From Nitrospinota bacterium (lineage in GTDB: Bacteria > Nitrospinota > Nitrospinia > Nitrospinales > VA-1), in NCBI GenBank assembly GCA_027619975.1, contig JAQCGX010000008.1, positions 8,719 through 72,718 of the forward strand: DNA of 64,000 bases, in the 5' to 3' direction. A model generated the notes under the pieces. That model was not told the DNA's origin. It did no database searches and saw only the letters and a list, made by a program, of their open reading frames with translations. A program made the position numbers and the translations under genes. This document shows positions 10,950 through 19,694 of the stretch, one piece after another (within the stretch, counting starts at the first letter, position 1; each line of letters opens with the position of its first letter).

Positions 10950-11465
10950 ATGTTCTACCTGTTCTCGCTTTCGTTGTGGGTGGCGGGAATGTTTCTTCTG
11001 GGCATCCTGGTCGAGATCATGGTTCGCATCACCCTCAAGGATCAACCCCTGATGGGCAGTGCCATCATGAACAAGGTCATGGACGTCTACAACGTCAATA
11101 TCATTTACACCTGCATCGGGTTGATGCTGACGGCGGAAGTTATCAAATTCCTGGTGCAGAAATACAGCAAGGTCGGGTTGCAGCGTGTTGTGGTCACCAA
11201 ACGCGCTTATACCAAGGAGGTCGTTTTGGCGATCATGATCGTTCTGGCGATTTATATGGGCAGTTTTCTCAGGCCGGAAATGCACAGGGTGGATCAGCTT
11301 AAAAAGGCCAATCCAACGGATGTGAAACTGCAGATCCAATTCGACCGGTTCCATTCAAAGTTCACGTGGATATATTCCGTTAATATGATTCTCGGATTGT
11401 CCCTGTTTTATATTCATGGCAAAGAGATGGTCCGGTTCAGGGAAGATCCCGAAGACGGGCTGTAG
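10950..11465 (+). CDS. Integral membrane protein (possibly DUF4149-like)
   Basis: 171 aa with about four hydrophobic helices. Preferred over the overlapping minus-strand ORF 10818..11354, which is not membrane-like. Confidence 0.5.
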   Translation: MFYLFSLSLWVAGMFLLGILVEIMVRITLKDQPLMGSAIMNKVMDVYNVNIIYTCIGLMLTAEVIKFLVQKYSKVGLQRVVVTKRAYTKEVVLAIMIVLAIYMGSFLRPEMHRVDQLKKANPTDVKLQIQFDRFHSKFTWIYSVNMILGLSLFYIHGKEMVRFREDPEDGL

Positions 11466-11507
11466 CACTTTGCCGTCAACGCTTGCCGGTACTACGATCG
11501 AACCGAT

Positions 11508-12428
11508 TTGATGTCCATTCGTCTCTCGTCTTTTTTTCTCAATCAGATATTTATTATTGCATTGGCGCTCCACGCCGGTCAGGCGGCTTTTGCTGCGCCA
11601 TCGACCGATGTTTCCCGTTCGGATGATTATTCCCTTATGGTCAGAGTCGAGGCGGGGGGATTCAAGAGAGGTTCCCTGTTTGATGAGACCAAAGAGTACC
11701 TCGAATTGTGCCGGAAATGGGATAATGCCTGTGAACTGTGGTGGTTTGAGGATGAATTTCCGCAAAAGCAAATCACTCTGGACAGTTACTGGATCGATAT
11801 GTATGAGGTGACCAATACTCAATATCTGGAGTTTGTCAAAGCCACGGGGCACCGGCCTGCTTTGGACGATTCCTGTCTGACGGAAAAGTGTCGGGAGGGT
11901 AATTTGTGGGAAGGAAATTCTTTTCCGCCGAGCATCCGCAACCAGCCGGTGGTGCAGGTCAGCTGGTACGATGCCGACACGTATTGCCGCTGGAGGAACA
12001 AACGCCTGCCATCGGAAGCGGAGTGGGAAAAAGCCGCCCGTGGATCCATAGGCAATATATACCCTTGGGGGTCAGCGTCTCCAAAAGGCCGAGCCACTTT
12101 TCAGAGAAAATGGCAGGGTGTGTTTACCATGACCGATGTGGGAAGCTATCCGCAAGGAGCCTCCATTTACGGGGTGTTTGATATGGCCGGCAATGTCTGG
12201 GAGTGGGTGGACGACTGGTACCATTTTAAATATTACAGTCTGGGTCGCAAAAAAAATCCGCATGGCCCAGCCACTGGAGAGTTTAAAGGGGTCCGGGGCG
12301 GGGCCTGGGTCAATTACCCCAACGCTTTGCGTAGTGCCTTTCGCCGATGGAGCCGACCTGAGGTCCGCTTCAATGATACAGGATTCCGATGCGCCAAGGA
12401 TGCCGTAGATGAAACCGAAAAGAACTGA
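11508..12428 (+). CDS. Formylglycine-generating-enzyme (FGE/SUMF1) domain protein, secreted
   Basis: 306 aa with a signal peptide. MAGNVWEWVDDWY and RGGAWV..RSAFR motifs fit the FGE-sulfatase fold. Confidence 0.8.
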   Translation: MMSIRLSSFFLNQIFIIALALHAGQAAFAAPSTDVSRSDDYSLMVRVEAGGFKRGSLFDETKEYLELCRKWDNACELWWFEDEFPQKQITLDSYWIDMYEVTNTQYLEFVKATGHRPALDDSCLTEKCREGNLWEGNSFPPSIRNQPVVQVSWYDADTYCRWRNKRLPSEAEWEKAARGSIGNIYPWGSASPKGRATFQRKWQGVFTMTDVGSYPQGASIYGVFDMAGNVWEWVDDWYHFKYYSLGRKKNPHGPATGEFKGVRGGAWVNYPNALRSAFRRWSRPEVRFNDTGFRCAKDAVDETEKN

Positions 12429-14070
12429 CGAACTGACTGACCGCGAGAAAGAGATTCTCGCGCCTTACGTTTCCGATGTGGACGCCAAGGTCTTTGCGCT
12501 CAAAAACCTCAACCCTGAGGTGATCGGCGCCGCTCTGGCACGCTACAGCCGCGCTCCTACAGGATTAAAGGAAACCATTGCGCGCGAGTTTCTCAATGCC
12601 GACGGCTCTCCCAATGAAGTCAAAGGCAGTGAACTGATCGACCGGGTGGTGAATAAATTCGGCGATGATTCCGTTGCCGAGCTGGCAGTTGCGCCGCTCT
12701 GCCTGGAAGACGTTTCCAACCTGATGACCAAGATCATCGAAGACCGTCGTATCGGCGGTTCCCCCATTGAGGAATCGACGCGCTACGTTTTATACGATCA
12801 GAAAAAAAACGGCGAATGGCGTTATGTGCGCCCACAAAGCATCCTTGAATCCGGCCTTGGAAATAAATTCGTGGAGACGATGGAGTTTCTTTTTGAAACT
12901 TACGCCAGTCTTGTGGAACCCATGCAGGAACTTTTCCGTAAGCGTCTTACCGAGAATAAGTTTCAAATTGAAGTGGAGCGGGCGGGAGTCATAAAAAAAG
13001 CCGGTTGGGACGAACTGGAGAATGACGGTGAGCGCAAGGCGCACCGCATTGCCTACGGGTTCACCATCCGCAGCGCCGCCTGTGACGTGATCCGATGTAT
13101 CCTTCCGGCTTGCACCCAGGCCAATATGGGCCTGGTCGGCAACGGCCGGTTTTATTCCGGCCTGATTTCCAAATTGCTCACCCAGGGGCTTGGGGAAGGT
13201 CACGCTCTGGCGGCGTCCATCCAGGAGGCGCTCAATACTCAGATTCCGACGTTTATTAAGCGGGCGGCCAAAAATACGTATCAGGCGGACAACCACCGCA
13301 ACATGAGACGGCTTTGCGGCCTGTTGTTTGCAGGGATTCCGATCGAGAAAAGCGCGGAAGTGGTTTTACTGGAGGACCGCCCGGAAGAGCCATCAATCCA
13401 TCTTCTTACCAGCATGATTTTCCCACACGTTCAGCACTCGACCGAACAGATACGCCAGATCGTAAAAACTTTTAGCGAGGACCAGCGCAAGGAAATTGTC
13501 GCCACTTATTTTGGGGAACGGAAATCGAAACGCGACCGGCCGGGCCGAGCTCTGGAGAGCGGGTATCCCATCAACTTCGATATCGTTGCAGGGTTTGCAG
13601 AATACCGTGACCTTCAGCGCCATCGAATGCTGACCCAGCAAAGGCAGGACCTTGGCGTTTTGCTGGGATATTCTATTCCAGAGGAAATCATAGAAATCGG
13701 CAGAGAGAAAATCGTTCAGGAATGTTTTGAGCGGAGCGAAACTCTGCACGGTGATCTCAAGCGCGCTGGCATGGAAGAGGAAGCCCAATATGTCACCCTG
13801 TTCAATCACTTCATCCGCTGGAATGTGGGAATGAACTTAAGAGAGCTGGGCCACCTCACGGAACTGCGTACCCAAAAAGCCGGGCACCCTAAATACCGGC
13901 GCATCGTTCAGGTGATGGCAAAACAGTTTTTAAAACGGTCGCCGGAAATGGAACCTGTGTTGAAGTTTGTGGATTATAACGATTACGACCAGAGCATCGC
14001 GCGGGCGGATCAGGAAGCGCGGACGGCCAGAAAAAGTCTGGCCGCAGGCGTGTTTGATGACATGGATTGA
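12409..14070 (+). CDS. ThyX (Thy1)-like protein, long form with degenerate motifs
   Basis: 553 aa. ALARYSRAP, GDDSVAEL, DRRIGGSPIEESTRY and RDLQRHRM resemble ThyX landmarks, but several canonical His/Ser positions differ. Confidence 0.5.
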   Translation: MKPKRTDELTDREKEILAPYVSDVDAKVFALKNLNPEVIGAALARYSRAPTGLKETIAREFLNADGSPNEVKGSELIDRVVNKFGDDSVAELAVAPLCLEDVSNLMTKIIEDRRIGGSPIEESTRYVLYDQKKNGEWRYVRPQSILESGLGNKFVETMEFLFETYASLVEPMQELFRKRLTENKFQIEVERAGVIKKAGWDELENDGERKAHRIAYGFTIRSAACDVIRCILPACTQANMGLVGNGRFYSGLISKLLTQGLGEGHALAASIQEALNTQIPTFIKRAAKNTYQADNHRNMRRLCGLLFAGIPIEKSAEVVLLEDRPEEPSIHLLTSMIFPHVQHSTEQIRQIVKTFSEDQRKEIVATYFGERKSKRDRPGRALESGYPINFDIVAGFAEYRDLQRHRMLTQQRQDLGVLLGYSIPEEIIEIGREKIVQECFERSETLHGDLKRAGMEEEAQYVTLFNHFIRWNVGMNLRELGHLTELRTQKAGHPKYRRIVQVMAKQFLKRSPEMEPVLKFVDYNDYDQSIARADQEARTARKSLAAGVFDDMD

Positions 14071-14262
14071 TCCATCAACTTTCTAGCGGGGATGGAAGAG
14101 GTAAGAGAGGATAATGGGTTCTGATTGGGGGGAGTTAGGGGTGAACCCCCGGCCCACCAGGACCGGGAGTTCGGTGAAGAAAGCGATTGAAATGAGTATA
14201 GTTCGGTATTCCTGATAAATAAACAAAAAATTCGTAATTACGATAAATTTATTCTAATTTAT

Positions 14263-14437
14263 GGGCATCTCTAAAAATTAGTTTTCACAGAAAATAGACT
14301 CGTGTGCAAAATTTACTTAAATCAGTGGCACGGGCTTTCCAGCCCGTGCGGACAGGCAGGAAAGCCTGTCCTACTAAAACAAAAGACGCTTCTTTGAATT
14401 GGCGATTCGGCGTCGTTGTCAATTTTTAGAGATGCCC
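14263..14437 (-). mobile_element. MITE, TIR family 1, copy with minimal hairpin 2
   Basis: 175 bp with perfect 17-bp TIR GGGCATCTCTAAAAATT. Flanked by TTAT/TTAT. Interior holds GCACGGGC-TTTCCA-GCCCGTGC and GGACAGGC-AGGAAA-GCCTGTCC. Confidence 0.85.
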
Positions 14438-14641
14438 TTATTAGTATTTATTTCTGTACTCGGATTATTTTCCTCTTTTTTCATCCTTCATCGGTTTTTT
14501 TCTCTATATTTGCGCCTCAATTAAAGTGTTTTGTTGTGGGCGAGAGTGACGGTTTCCTCACGACTCTTTGACTGAACTGACACCTTCCCATATAAAAAAG
14601 GAAATTGTCCTTTTGCGCAGGTGTCCCTAACCTAAGGATCA

Positions 14642-14939
14642 TTTAACTTCCCTGGCAAGAAGGTTTCAGGGAAATCGTAATTGAGAGTGGATAACTCCCC
14701 CAGATTCAGTTTGAAATTGTTGCTGGAAACGCAAATACAGGAAGTGCAGAGAGCGGCTCAAAAAAAGTGCGTTGAAATAGTGAAAAGATGACGAAACTTT
14801 TTTTAACCGGTCACCGGAGATGGAACCGTTTCTCCAATTTGCGGGCAATAATGATTACGATGGCGGTATAACCTGTGCTGATCAAGAGGCCCGTGCCGCC
14901 CGCAAAAGCCTCGCTTCCAACCTCTTCGACCAAATGATA
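14642..14939 (+). pseudogene. Decayed fragment homologous to the 3' end of the ThyX-like gene
   Basis: SPEMEPFLQFAGNNDYDGGITCADQEARAARKSLASNLFDQMI aligns by hand with the last 43 residues of ORF 12409..14070 (28 identical). Weaker similarity upstream crosses a frameshift and in-frame stops. Confidence 0.6.
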
Positions 14940-15164
14940 AATCTGGCTAGCAGCGATGCTCCCGGCTTAACGAGCTTATGCCCAATTTATTCCACGGGAG
15001 AGAGTGCAGCAATAGGCTGTCGCGTCTGAGTCAGTTCTCTTGACAACGGCCTCTTCCGTTAGGACACTATTTTTTTGAGATTTTGAGAAAAATTGACAAT
15101 TAATATGTTAGTCTTATGCGCTTTTATGTTCCCCTAACCCATTCTTTACTGAGAGAGAAAAGTG

Positions 15165-16700
15165 ATGAAGATTGGTATCCCTAAAGAAGTTCATGCTGGC
15201 GAAAAACGGGTGGCGACCACCCCCGAGGTCGCAAAAGAGCTTATCAAACTGGGTTTTGAAGTAGCCATTGAGTCGGGCGCTGGTTCCGCCGCTCATTATT
15301 CAGATGCTTCTTTTGTTGAAGCGGGCGTAACGGTTATAAAAAATACCAAGGATCTCTGGAGTGACAGCGACATCATTTTAAAAGTTCGTGGCCCCGAAGC
15401 AAACGAGGTGAAATTGCTTAAAGAGGGCCAAATTTATATTTCGTTCCTTTGGCCGGCGCAAAATCCCGAACTGCTCAAAAAATTAGCCGATAAAAAAGTG
15501 ACTGCCCTGGCAATGGACATGATACCGCGTATTTCTCGTGCTCAAAAAATGGACGCGCTCAGCTCCATGGCGAATATTGCCGGATACCGGGCCGTTGTTG
15601 AGGCCGCTCAGCATTTTGGCAGGTTTTTTACCGGGCAGATCACGGCGGCGGGAAAAGTTCCTCCGGCAAAAGTCATGGTTATTGGTGCGGGGGTTGCGGG
15701 TTTGGCTGCCATCGGCGCCGCTAAAAGCATGGGCGCCATTGTACGGGCTTTCGATACCCGGCCAGAAGTGAAAGAACAGATCGAGAGCATGGACGCAGAG
15801 TTCCTGGAACTCGATTTTGAAGAAGAGGGTTCTGGCACTGGCGGATATGCGAAGGTGATGAGCAAAGAGTTTATCGCAGCAGAAATGGCCCTTTTCGCAG
15901 AGCAGGCCAAGGAAGTGGATATTATAATCACGACAGCGTTGATTCCCGGCAAACCGGCTCCGGAACTGATTCTGGAAGATATGGTGGCTTCCATGAAAGA
16001 CGGTAGCGTGATCGTTGACTTAGCCGCTGAACAAGGGGGCAATTGCAAGCTATCTGAAGCAGGAAAAGTGGTCAATGTTCATGGGGTTTCCATTATCGGA
16101 TACACCGATTTACCGAGTCGTATGGCGACCACATCGAGTCAGTTATATGGAACCAATTTACGCCACTTGCTGACAGACATGTGCAAGGCAAAAGACGGGA
16201 ACGTAATAATAGATTTTAATGACGAAGTGGTCAGAGGAGCGACGGTTGTCAAGGAGGGTGAGATCACTTTCCCACCGCCTGCGCCAAAACTTTCAGCGGC
16301 GCCGGCCAAACCGGCTGAACCCGCTAAACCACATGAAAAACCCAAAGAAGAAAAACCATCATGGGTGGGACCGGTTGTCACTTTTGGGATTGCGGCCTTG
16401 GGCTTGTTAGGGTTGGGTGCCGTTGCGCCTGCATCTTTTATGGCCCACTTTACGGTATTTGTTCTGGCCTGCTTTGTCGGCTATATGATTATCTGGAATG
16501 TGACAGCGGCTTTGCACACTCCGTTAATGAGTGTGACCAACGCCATTAGCAGTATCATTGTTGTGGGTGCTATTTTGCAGATCAGTTCGGGAGAAAAACT
16601 TCTTATGGGGGTGGCGGCTTTCGCAACGATGATCACTGCAATTAATATCGTGGGCGGGTTTGCGGTAACGCGCCGCATGCTTAACATGTTTCGTAAATAG
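15165..16700 (+). CDS. pntA: NAD(P) transhydrogenase subunit alpha (full-length, with TM domain)
   Basis: About 511 aa. Alanine-dehydrogenase-like N-terminus, VMVIGAGVAGLAAIG Rossmann motif, C-terminal TM helices. GTG at 15162 or ATG at 15165. Confidence 0.9.
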   Translation: MKIGIPKEVHAGEKRVATTPEVAKELIKLGFEVAIESGAGSAAHYSDASFVEAGVTVIKNTKDLWSDSDIILKVRGPEANEVKLLKEGQIYISFLWPAQNPELLKKLADKKVTALAMDMIPRISRAQKMDALSSMANIAGYRAVVEAAQHFGRFFTGQITAAGKVPPAKVMVIGAGVAGLAAIGAAKSMGAIVRAFDTRPEVKEQIESMDAEFLELDFEEEGSGTGGYAKVMSKEFIAAEMALFAEQAKEVDIIITTALIPGKPAPELILEDMVASMKDGSVIVDLAAEQGGNCKLSEAGKVVNVHGVSIIGYTDLPSRMATTSSQLYGTNLRHLLTDMCKAKDGNVIIDFNDEVVRGATVVKEGEITFPPPAPKLSAAPAKPAEPAKPHEKPKEEKPSWVGPVVTFGIAALGLLGLGAVAPASFMAHFTVFVLACFVGYMIIWNVTAALHTPLMSVTNAISSIIVVGAILQISSGEKLLMGVAAFATMITAINIVGGFAVTRRMLNMFRK

Positions 16701-16711
16701 GAGGCGATTAA

Positions 16712-18106
16712 ATGAGCGAAGGTATAATAACCGCCTCTTATGTTGGGGCGACCATTCTTTTTATTCTTGCGTTAGGCGGATTGAGCAATCCGGAAACTTC
16801 CCGGCGTGGCAACCTTTATGGCATGCTGGGCATGGCCATTGCCCTTGTAGCCACTATCTCAGGGGTCACAGCTAATATAGGGATTTTGATCGGGGCATTA
16901 CTGGTAGGCGGTAGTATTGGTCTGGTTCTGGCACGTCGGGTGCAAATGACGGAAATGCCCGAACTGGTTGCCATTCTGCATAGTCTGGTAGGGCTGGCCG
17001 CAGTTCTGGTTGGTTTTGCCAGTTTCATGGATCCCAATGCTCATTTCAAAGGAGTGGAACTCACCATCCATGATATCGAAACCTACTTAGGAATTCTTAT
17101 TGGGGCGGTCACGTTTTCAGGATCCATCATTGCATTCGGAAAACTCAGCGGAAAAATTACCGGGAACGCCATGTTATTGCCGGCTCGACATTGGCTCAAT
17201 CTGGGTTTACTGATTGCTTCCATTTACTTGTGCGGCATGTTTGTCAATCAGTCCGCAGCGGGCGGTGGATTAATGCCTCTGATGATTATGACAGGAATCG
17301 CCTTGCTGTTCGGGATTCATATGGTCATGGCTATTGGCGGGGCAGATATGCCGGTGGTGGTTTCCATGCTCAACAGCTATTCCGGCTGGGCGGCTTCTGC
17401 AACGGGTTTCATGCTCAATAACGACTTGCTCATTGTGACGGGCGCATTGGTAGGCAGTAGTGGTGCGATCCTCAGTTACATCATGTGTCGAGCCATGAAC
17501 CGTAAATTCCTGTCTGTTATTGCCGGAGGCTTTGGCACAACAACAGGCGGTGGTTCCTCTTCGGCCTCAGCTGAAGAACAGGGTGAAGTTGTTGCGATGA
17601 CGGCACATGAGGTTGCAAGCCTGTTGAATGAAGCGAAGGAAGTCGTGATCATTCCGGGATATGGCATGGCCGTAGCCCAGGCCCAGCACATCGTCTGCGA
17701 AATCACCAAAGCACTTCGTGCCAAAAAAATAAATGTGCGGTTTGCGATTCATCCTGTTGCCGGGCGTATGCCGGGACATATGAATGTTTTATTGGCAGAA
17801 GCCAAGGTCCCCTACGATATTGTTTTTGAAATGGATGAAATCAATGACGATTTCCCGGATGTTGATGTTGCGATCGTCATTGGAGCCAACGACATTGTCA
17901 ATCCCTCAGCTCAGACAGACCCGAACAGTCCTATTGCGGGAATGCCGGTACTGGAATGCTGGAAGTCTGAAACCACCATTGTGCTGAAACGTGGCATGGC
18001 TACAGGCTACGCGGGCGTTGAGAATCCGTTGTTCTTCAAAGAGAATACCCGCATGTTGTTCGGCGATGCCAGGGCCAGTCTGGACGAGGTTTTCAAAAAC
18101 CTTTAA
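16712..18106 (+). CDS. pntB: NAD(P) transhydrogenase subunit beta
   Basis: 464 aa. N-terminal TM domain plus C-terminal NADP(H) domain ([29 protein letters not shown]). Confidence 0.9.
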   Translation: MSEGIITASYVGATILFILALGGLSNPETSRRGNLYGMLGMAIALVATISGVTANIGILIGALLVGGSIGLVLARRVQMTEMPELVAILHSLVGLAAVLVGFASFMDPNAHFKGVELTIHDIETYLGILIGAVTFSGSIIAFGKLSGKITGNAMLLPARHWLNLGLLIASIYLCGMFVNQSAAGGGLMPLMIMTGIALLFGIHMVMAIGGADMPVVVSMLNSYSGWAASATGFMLNNDLLIVTGALVGSSGAILSYIMCRAMNRKFLSVIAGGFGTTTGGGSSSASAEEQGEVVAMTAHEVASLLNEAKEVVIIPGYGMAVAQAQHIVCEITKALRAKKINVRFAIHPVAGRMPGHMNVLLAEAKVPYDIVFEMDEINDDFPDVDVAIVIGANDIVNPSAQTDPNSPIAGMPVLECWKSETTIVLKRGMATGYAGVENPLFFKENTRMLFGDARASLDEVFKNL

Positions 18107-18126
18107 CGGTTAGTTTCCTCATATAT

Positions 18127-18158
18127 GGCCTGTCCATTTGGGCAGGCCGTTTATTTTA
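18127..18158 (+). terminator. Probable rho-independent terminator after pntB
   Basis: GGCCTGTCC-ATTT-GGGCAGGCC (one mismatch) followed by GTTTATTTT. Confidence 0.5.
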
Positions 18159-18222
18159 GAGGAACTGTGAACACCAGGTTGCCATTGAAAGAGGGGACCA
18201 GCACTTGATGGTTCCTGAAATC

Positions 18223-19011
18223 TTAGGAAATGCCCGCTGGCGTGACCATGCTTTTTCGTATCACCTCCACCGTAGAATATTTTTTGATCCGGTAAATGGT
18301 TCCTTCCCCGGCACTGGACACGATGATATTTCTCTCCCGGTCCAGATCAATCCCACTCAAATCTTTGAATCGTTTCTTGAGAATCGGCAGAATATGGCCC
18401 CGCATATCGACGGCGATCAATTTTCCTGACTCCGTGGCCACCAGCAATCGACGATGTGGCGCTTCATAAACCAGCCCGTTAGGATTTCCAAGTTTTGGAT
18501 CTTTTGCCAGAACCGTGATCTGGAAATGATTGGCCGGGTCGATTCGATAGATGACGTTGCCAGCGGTGTCGGAGACAAACAGCAGTCCATCCGAGTCAAC
18601 CGCCAGACCGTGTAAAGATCGCGCACCTAATAGCGAAAAATTGATGGTCCCCAAGGGCTTTCCAGATTCCACATCGAAGCGGCGAACCACATCGATATCC
18701 GTCACATAGAGATTTTGGCCGGAAAGGGCCAACCCCCTGGGAGCGTTCAAATGCACGCCTTTTTTTCCAGAGCGAATGAAATCCCGGTCCACGGCTTTTC
18801 CCGTTGGGTCGATTTTGGCGATGAAAGCGTTATTATCTTTTGCGCCGGGGGAGCCTGAAACGTTGGAAACGTAGTACACTCCGGTGGAGGGATCGACGAT
18901 GAAACTTGCAGGCCCATCCATTCCCCGTATCTGGAAAGCGTGAGCGGGAGAGAAGAACAGGATGAGAAGTAGGGTGGCTAAAGGTAAAGGGCGCATGAAT
19001 GATGTTTTCAT
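18223..19011 (-). CDS. Secreted beta-propeller protein (NHL / SMP-30-like repeats)
   Basis: Repeats of the GLAxDxxGxLYVxD type. Start moved to M69 (MKTSFMRPLPLATLLLILFFSPAHA signal peptide) because the first 68 codons of ORF 18223..19215 translate REP-like repeats. Confidence 0.6.
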   Translation of the reverse strand: MKTSFMRPLPLATLLLILFFSPAHAFQIRGMDGPASFIVDPSTGVYYVSNVSGSPGAKDNNAFIAKIDPTGKAVDRDFIRSGKKGVHLNAPRGLALSGQNLYVTDIDVVRRFDVESGKPLGTINFSLLGARSLHGLAVDSDGLLFVSDTAGNVIYRIDPANHFQITVLAKDPKLGNPNGLVYEAPHRRLLVATESGKLIAVDMRGHILPILKKRFKDLSGIDLDRERNIIVSSAGEGTIYRIKKYSTVEVIRKSMVTPAGIS

Positions 19012-19083
19012 TAGATCAATGGTCACCTTTTTATGAAAAGACCTTTGCATAGGGTCATCCTCGTTGGCTTTGGAAAAGTATAA

Positions 19084-19207
19084 ATCCCCCCTGCCCCCTT
19101 CGCAGAAGGGGGAGAAGCGGGTCCCCCCTTTTTCAAAGGGGGTTAGGGGGATTTTGGAACTCCCAGGCCCCCTCTCCCTTTTAGGGAGAGGGTTGGGGTG
19201 AGGGTTT
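19084..19207. repeat. Cluster of GC-rich REP-like hairpins
   Basis: CCCCCTT-CGCAG-AAGGGGG (19094-19112), a CCCCCTTT..AAAGGGGG hairpin, and CCCTCTCCC-TTTTA-GGGAGAGGG. The last 41 nt (19167-19207) are identical to 20961-21001. Confidence 0.8.
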
Positions 19208-19259
19208 TTTATCAATATTTAAATTGACACAAAATCAGCCTACAACAGAAAATAATTGA

Positions 19260-19574
19260 ATGAAAATAAAAGATAAAAACAACCTGGTGTTTGGGATTTT
19301 ATTGATGAGTGCCACCGGCCTTGCGATGGGCTGGGTGGTGGACAGCCCCCTGCTGATGGCGGTGGCCGGAGGTCTTGGAGCCATTATAGGTGGCTTTGTC
19401 GGCTGGCTGGGCGGCAGGCTTTATCTGGTGATCATCTGCTTTGGTGTGCTCTTGGGCGCGTATCTTGGCAAGCTGTCCGGCGACCGGGACATATTGATCA
19501 TGGCCGCCGGAACCGGCGGTGCTATGGCCGGTTTCCTCGGCAACTTTATTACGTTGTTTGTGAGGAAGAGGTAG
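19260..19574 (+). CDS. Small Gly-rich membrane protein
   Basis: 104 aa with three hydrophobic, glycine-zipper-like helices. Confidence 0.45.
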   Translation: MKIKDKNNLVFGILLMSATGLAMGWVVDSPLLMAVAGGLGAIIGGFVGWLGGRLYLVIICFGVLLGAYLGKLSGDRDILIMAAGTGGAMAGFLGNFITLFVRKR

Positions 19575-19694
19575 AAATTCATTAATAGAACCACTATTCT
19601 AAGAATAGCAAATATCCCAAATCACCTAAAAATTTTGAGTTTTATTTAATTTTCTCATTAACCTGAAAAATCCATACAAACTTTTGTGAATATT

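Noticed and set aside
10818-11354. 178-aa minus-strand ORF
   Set aside because: It overlaps the plus-strand 10950..11465 ORF. That ORF has a coherent multi-TM pattern and fits the same-strand cluster. The minus-strand product is His/Asp/Gln-rich and featureless.
15041-15110. Two TTGACA hexamers upstream of pntA as promoters
   Set aside because: Neither has a convincing -10 element at 16-18 nt spacing.
19012-19215. N-terminal 68 codons of ORF 18223..19215, plus ORFs 20847..21032, 1070..1312 and 1224..1451
   Set aside because: These translate the GC-rich hairpin repeats (NPLPKRERG, PLSLKGRG). A proper signal peptide begins at M69 of the propeller protein.
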